Position numbers and translations under genes: made by a program
Shown here: positions 43,422 through 44,849 of the stretch, in pieces
Layout of the letters: each line of letters begins with the position of its first letter
How positions within the stretch are numbered: the stretch's first letter is position 1
From: a virus
DNA length: 44,849 bases
Strand: one strand, 5' to 3'
Virus record (IMG/VR): IMGVR_UViG_3300048915_000091
The notes under the pieces: generated by a model
The model's database searches: none
Told to the model about the DNA's origin: nothing
Seen by the model: only the letters and a program-made list of their open reading frames with translations

Positions 43422-43640
43422 TATTGTAGGGCGTTTATAGGCTGAAAGCCGCAGAAATCCGCCAATTTGTATGTTTTGTAGGTTGTATGGCCATTGTGTG
43501 ATTGGAGACCATCCCATGCCCGGCCTGATAGTGAATTTCCTCTACCCCTTATATACAAACATACAAAATATACAAAATGGCAGATTTCCAAGGGTTTAGC
43601 TATACAATGATCCATACAATACAATACAAAGGAACCGCCG
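43400..43640. repeat. AT-rich iteron block: TTGTA(T/G) x5 on the left, ATACAA x7 on the right (candidate origin)
   Basis: TTGTA at 43414, 43424, 43467, 43476 and 43483, plus TTGTG at 43494. ATACAA at 43553, 43561, 43570, 43602, 43614, 43619 and 43624. The duplicated unit GAAA(C/G)CCGCAGAA is at 43400 and 43444. Confidence 0.6.
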
Positions 43641-43694
43641 AAGGGCTAAACGAACGATCGATCGTATATCCGATAAAAATTTTGTCGATTTCGC

Positions 43695-43723
43695 TTGACA
43701 GGTACGACGAATGCGATTAGACA
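43695..43723 (+). promoter_or_regulatory. Sigma70-like promoter TTGACA-N17-TAGACA
   Basis: TTGACA at 43695-43700, a 17-nt spacer and TAGACA at 43718-43723. Upstream of the 43752 gene. Confidence 0.4.
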
Positions 43724-43751
43724 GGGGTTATCAAGACCGAAAGGACGACCG

Positions 43752-43970
43752 ATGTTGGAACCATGGTATATCAAACACGATCGCAAGGTTATCGCGAATA
43801 TGCGCCGCGTTATCGAAGGCAAGGGCGACAACGAAACCGTTCGTTACTTGGGCGATCAACTTCCGGTTCTTGTTTCGGAAGTGAAGCGCCGGATTGTCGA
43901 GCGCGAAGCGCGTATTGAAGCCGATATTGCCAAGTTCAACGAAGTCGGCGGCGATTACGACAAGATGTAA
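43752..43970 (+). CDS. Hypothetical protein (72 aa)
   Basis: Internal ATG of track ORF 43695..43970, after an AAAGGA SD. Confidence 0.5.
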   Translation: MLEPWYIKHDRKVIANMRRVIEGKGDNETVRYLGDQLPVLVSEVKRRIVEREARIEADIAKFNEVGGDYDKM

Positions 43971-43994
43971 TGTGGGCACAAGGAAGCAATATCG

Positions 43995-44546
43995 ATGCAA
44001 GGTGCGAAGGTTGTTCCGATTGATAAGGCGACAGCCGATCGATTGATTGTCGCTAGGCATTATAGCAAGCGCGCTTCGATCTTTTGGAAAGGCTTCGCGC
44101 TTGTGTTCGACGGGCGCGTTTATGGCGTTGTCGTGTACGGGCAGCCTTCTCCGCCTATTCAAAAGCATTCGTTTAAAGATCGCGATTTTCGCTTGTACGA
44201 ATTGTCGCGCCTTGTCATTCAAACAACGAAGCGCAACGCGGCGAGTTACCTTGTCGCGCAAAGTTTGAAGATGCTCGAACAGCCTTGCGCGGTTGTGTCG
44301 TATGCCGATAGCGAACACGGGCACGCGGGCATTGTCTATCAAGCGACGAATTGGATTTACACCGGCGCGACGAAATCGCACGATCATGCCTATCTTGTCG
44401 ACGGCAAGCGCGTTCATCCGATTTCGCTTCGTGACAAAGGGATAACCGATCCGAAGCGATGGGCGAAAGAAAACGGGATCAAGACGTTACCCCCCCTGCG
44501 ACAAACATCGTTATTTCTTCATTTGCGGCAATCGTCGGCAGCGTAA
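43995..44546 (+). CDS. Mom-like GNAT-fold DNA modification protein (as read; probably continues to 44655 after a +1 shift at C7 run 44490-44496)
   Basis: Track ORF. ARHYSKR, ELSRLV, VVSYADSEHGHAGIVYQATNWIYTG match my recollection of the family annotated as Mom-type adenine-modifying enzymes. The +1 frame gives DKHRYFFICGNRRQRKDMLAKLTYPIVAEYPK... Confidence 0.55.
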   Translation: MQGAKVVPIDKATADRLIVARHYSKRASIFWKGFALVFDGRVYGVVVYGQPSPPIQKHSFKDRDFRLYELSRLVIQTTKRNAASYLVAQSLKMLEQPCAVVSYADSEHGHAGIVYQATNWIYTGATKSHDHAYLVDGKRVHPISLRDKGITDPKRWAKENGIKTLPPLRQTSLFLHLRQSSAA

Positions 44547-44651
44547 GGACATGCTTGCAAAGCTGACATATCCGATCGTTGCGGAATATCCCAAGCTTCC
44601 GAAATCGATGTATGAAAACGGCGATTTCGTCGAAATCTTGCACGAAACCGC

Positions 44652-44680
44652 TTGACAGCGAAACGCAATCGTCGTAACCG
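44652..44680 (+). promoter_or_regulatory. Sigma70-like promoter TTGACA-N17-TAACCG
   Basis: TTGACA at 44652-44657, a 17-nt spacer ending ATCGTCG and TAACCG at 44675-44680. Confidence 0.4.
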
Positions 44681-44707
44681 TTGGATATCAAGACGGAAGG
44701 AACGAAG

Positions 44708-44842
44708 ATGCCTTATTCGGAACTCGCCTACTTCGAAGGATACGCCTTCGCTCACATCGCCGCTTTCGAAGAACGCGAACGCCTCGCGCGCAAGAAAGCC
44801 ATTGCGATCGCACATCGCGACCGCCGCAGCCATCGCCGCTAA
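44708..44842 (+). CDS. Hypothetical small protein (44 aa) spanning the repeat
   Basis: Read by eye after GGAAGGAACGAAG: MPYSELAYFEGYAFAHIAAFEERERLARKKAIAIAHRDRRSHRR. Its last 120 nt are duplicated at window positions 1-120. Confidence 0.45.
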   Translation: MPYSELAYFEGYAFAHIAAFEERERLARKKAIAIAHRDRRSHRR

Positions 44843-44849
44843 GGGGAAG
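44723..44849. repeat. Terminal direct repeat, right copy (identical to 1-127)
   Basis: Exact match to the first 127 nt of the window. Confidence 0.95.

Noticed and set aside
43247-43624. 125-aa and 66-aa minus-strand ORFs across the AT-rich block.
   Set aside because: They are made largely of the iteron repeats (YKTYK, CLYIRG-type strings) and overlap the primase 3-prime end. They lack start signals. The repeat structure explains the region better than coding does.
43752-43970. The 72-aa ORF upstream of the Mom-like gene as an analogue of Mu Com, the zinc-finger translational activator of mom.
   Set aside because: The protein has no cysteines or histidine cluster and does not overlap the Mom-like start, so nothing supports a Com-like role.
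1-44849. Searched by eye for tRNA genes, CRISPR repeats, an integrase/recombinase, attP-like sites, IS elements, reverse transcriptase/DGR, and inteins or homing endonucleases.
   Set aside because: None was recognised. The only intergenic stretches longer than 150 nt (7462-7661, 40681-40839, 43422-43751) show no cloverleaf-compatible or spacer-repeat structure. No ORF shows tyrosine/serine recombinase, transposase, RT or HNH/LAGLIDADG motifs. A proper tRNAscan and profile search would still be needed.

Overview
The window looks like one complete genome of a tailed dsDNA phage. It is siphovirus-type, with a 908-aa tape measure, a G/GT chaperone pair and no sheath. I recognised no integrase, tRNA or CRISPR array. 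The first 127 nt are repeated exactly at the end, so the contig closes on itself with a unit length of 44,722 bp.

Layout:
- 1-8.7 kb (+): about 30 small, often translationally coupled early or accessory ORFs. They sit in terminator/promoter-insulated cassettes and include a DUF3850/ASCH-like protein, a VRR-NUC nuclease, a MazG-like protein and an AT-hook protein.
- 8.7-10.2 kb (+): lysis cassette with a pinholin-like protein, a SAR endolysin and overlapped spanins.
- 10.4-31.5 kb (+): packaging, head and tail genes. These are TerS, TerL, portal, MuF-like protein, scaffold, capsid, connectors, tail tube, G/GT with a canonical -1 slippery site, tape measure, a GTA-like distal-tail/hub/gpJ set and a fibre.
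- 31.6-40.7 kb (-): replication and recombination module. It holds a family-B-like DNA polymerase, a DnaN-like clamp, an SF2 helicase, a Cas4-like nuclease, a DUF669-like SSB and a Sak4-like ATPase.
- 40.8-44.8 kb (+): small HTH protein, primase-polymerase/helicase, an AT-rich iteron block and a Mom-like GNAT-fold gene.

Most interesting observations:
1. A sliding clamp carries an SSB-type disordered linker and an acidic DDDDVPF tip. It lies next to a polymerase that ends in a QGGLF clamp-binding-like motif, and no clamp loader is present.
2. An inverted iteron array (5x TTGTA and 7x ATACAA) lies downstream of the primase gene and is a candidate origin.
3. The Mom-like gene is interrupted at a C7 homopolymer, and the +1 frame restores a conserved-looking C-terminus.
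4. A start-associated sequence (AAAGGAAACCGGGCAA-ATG) is shared by several early genes.
5. Three promoters are nearly identical.

All family assignments rest on motif recognition by eye. No database search was run.
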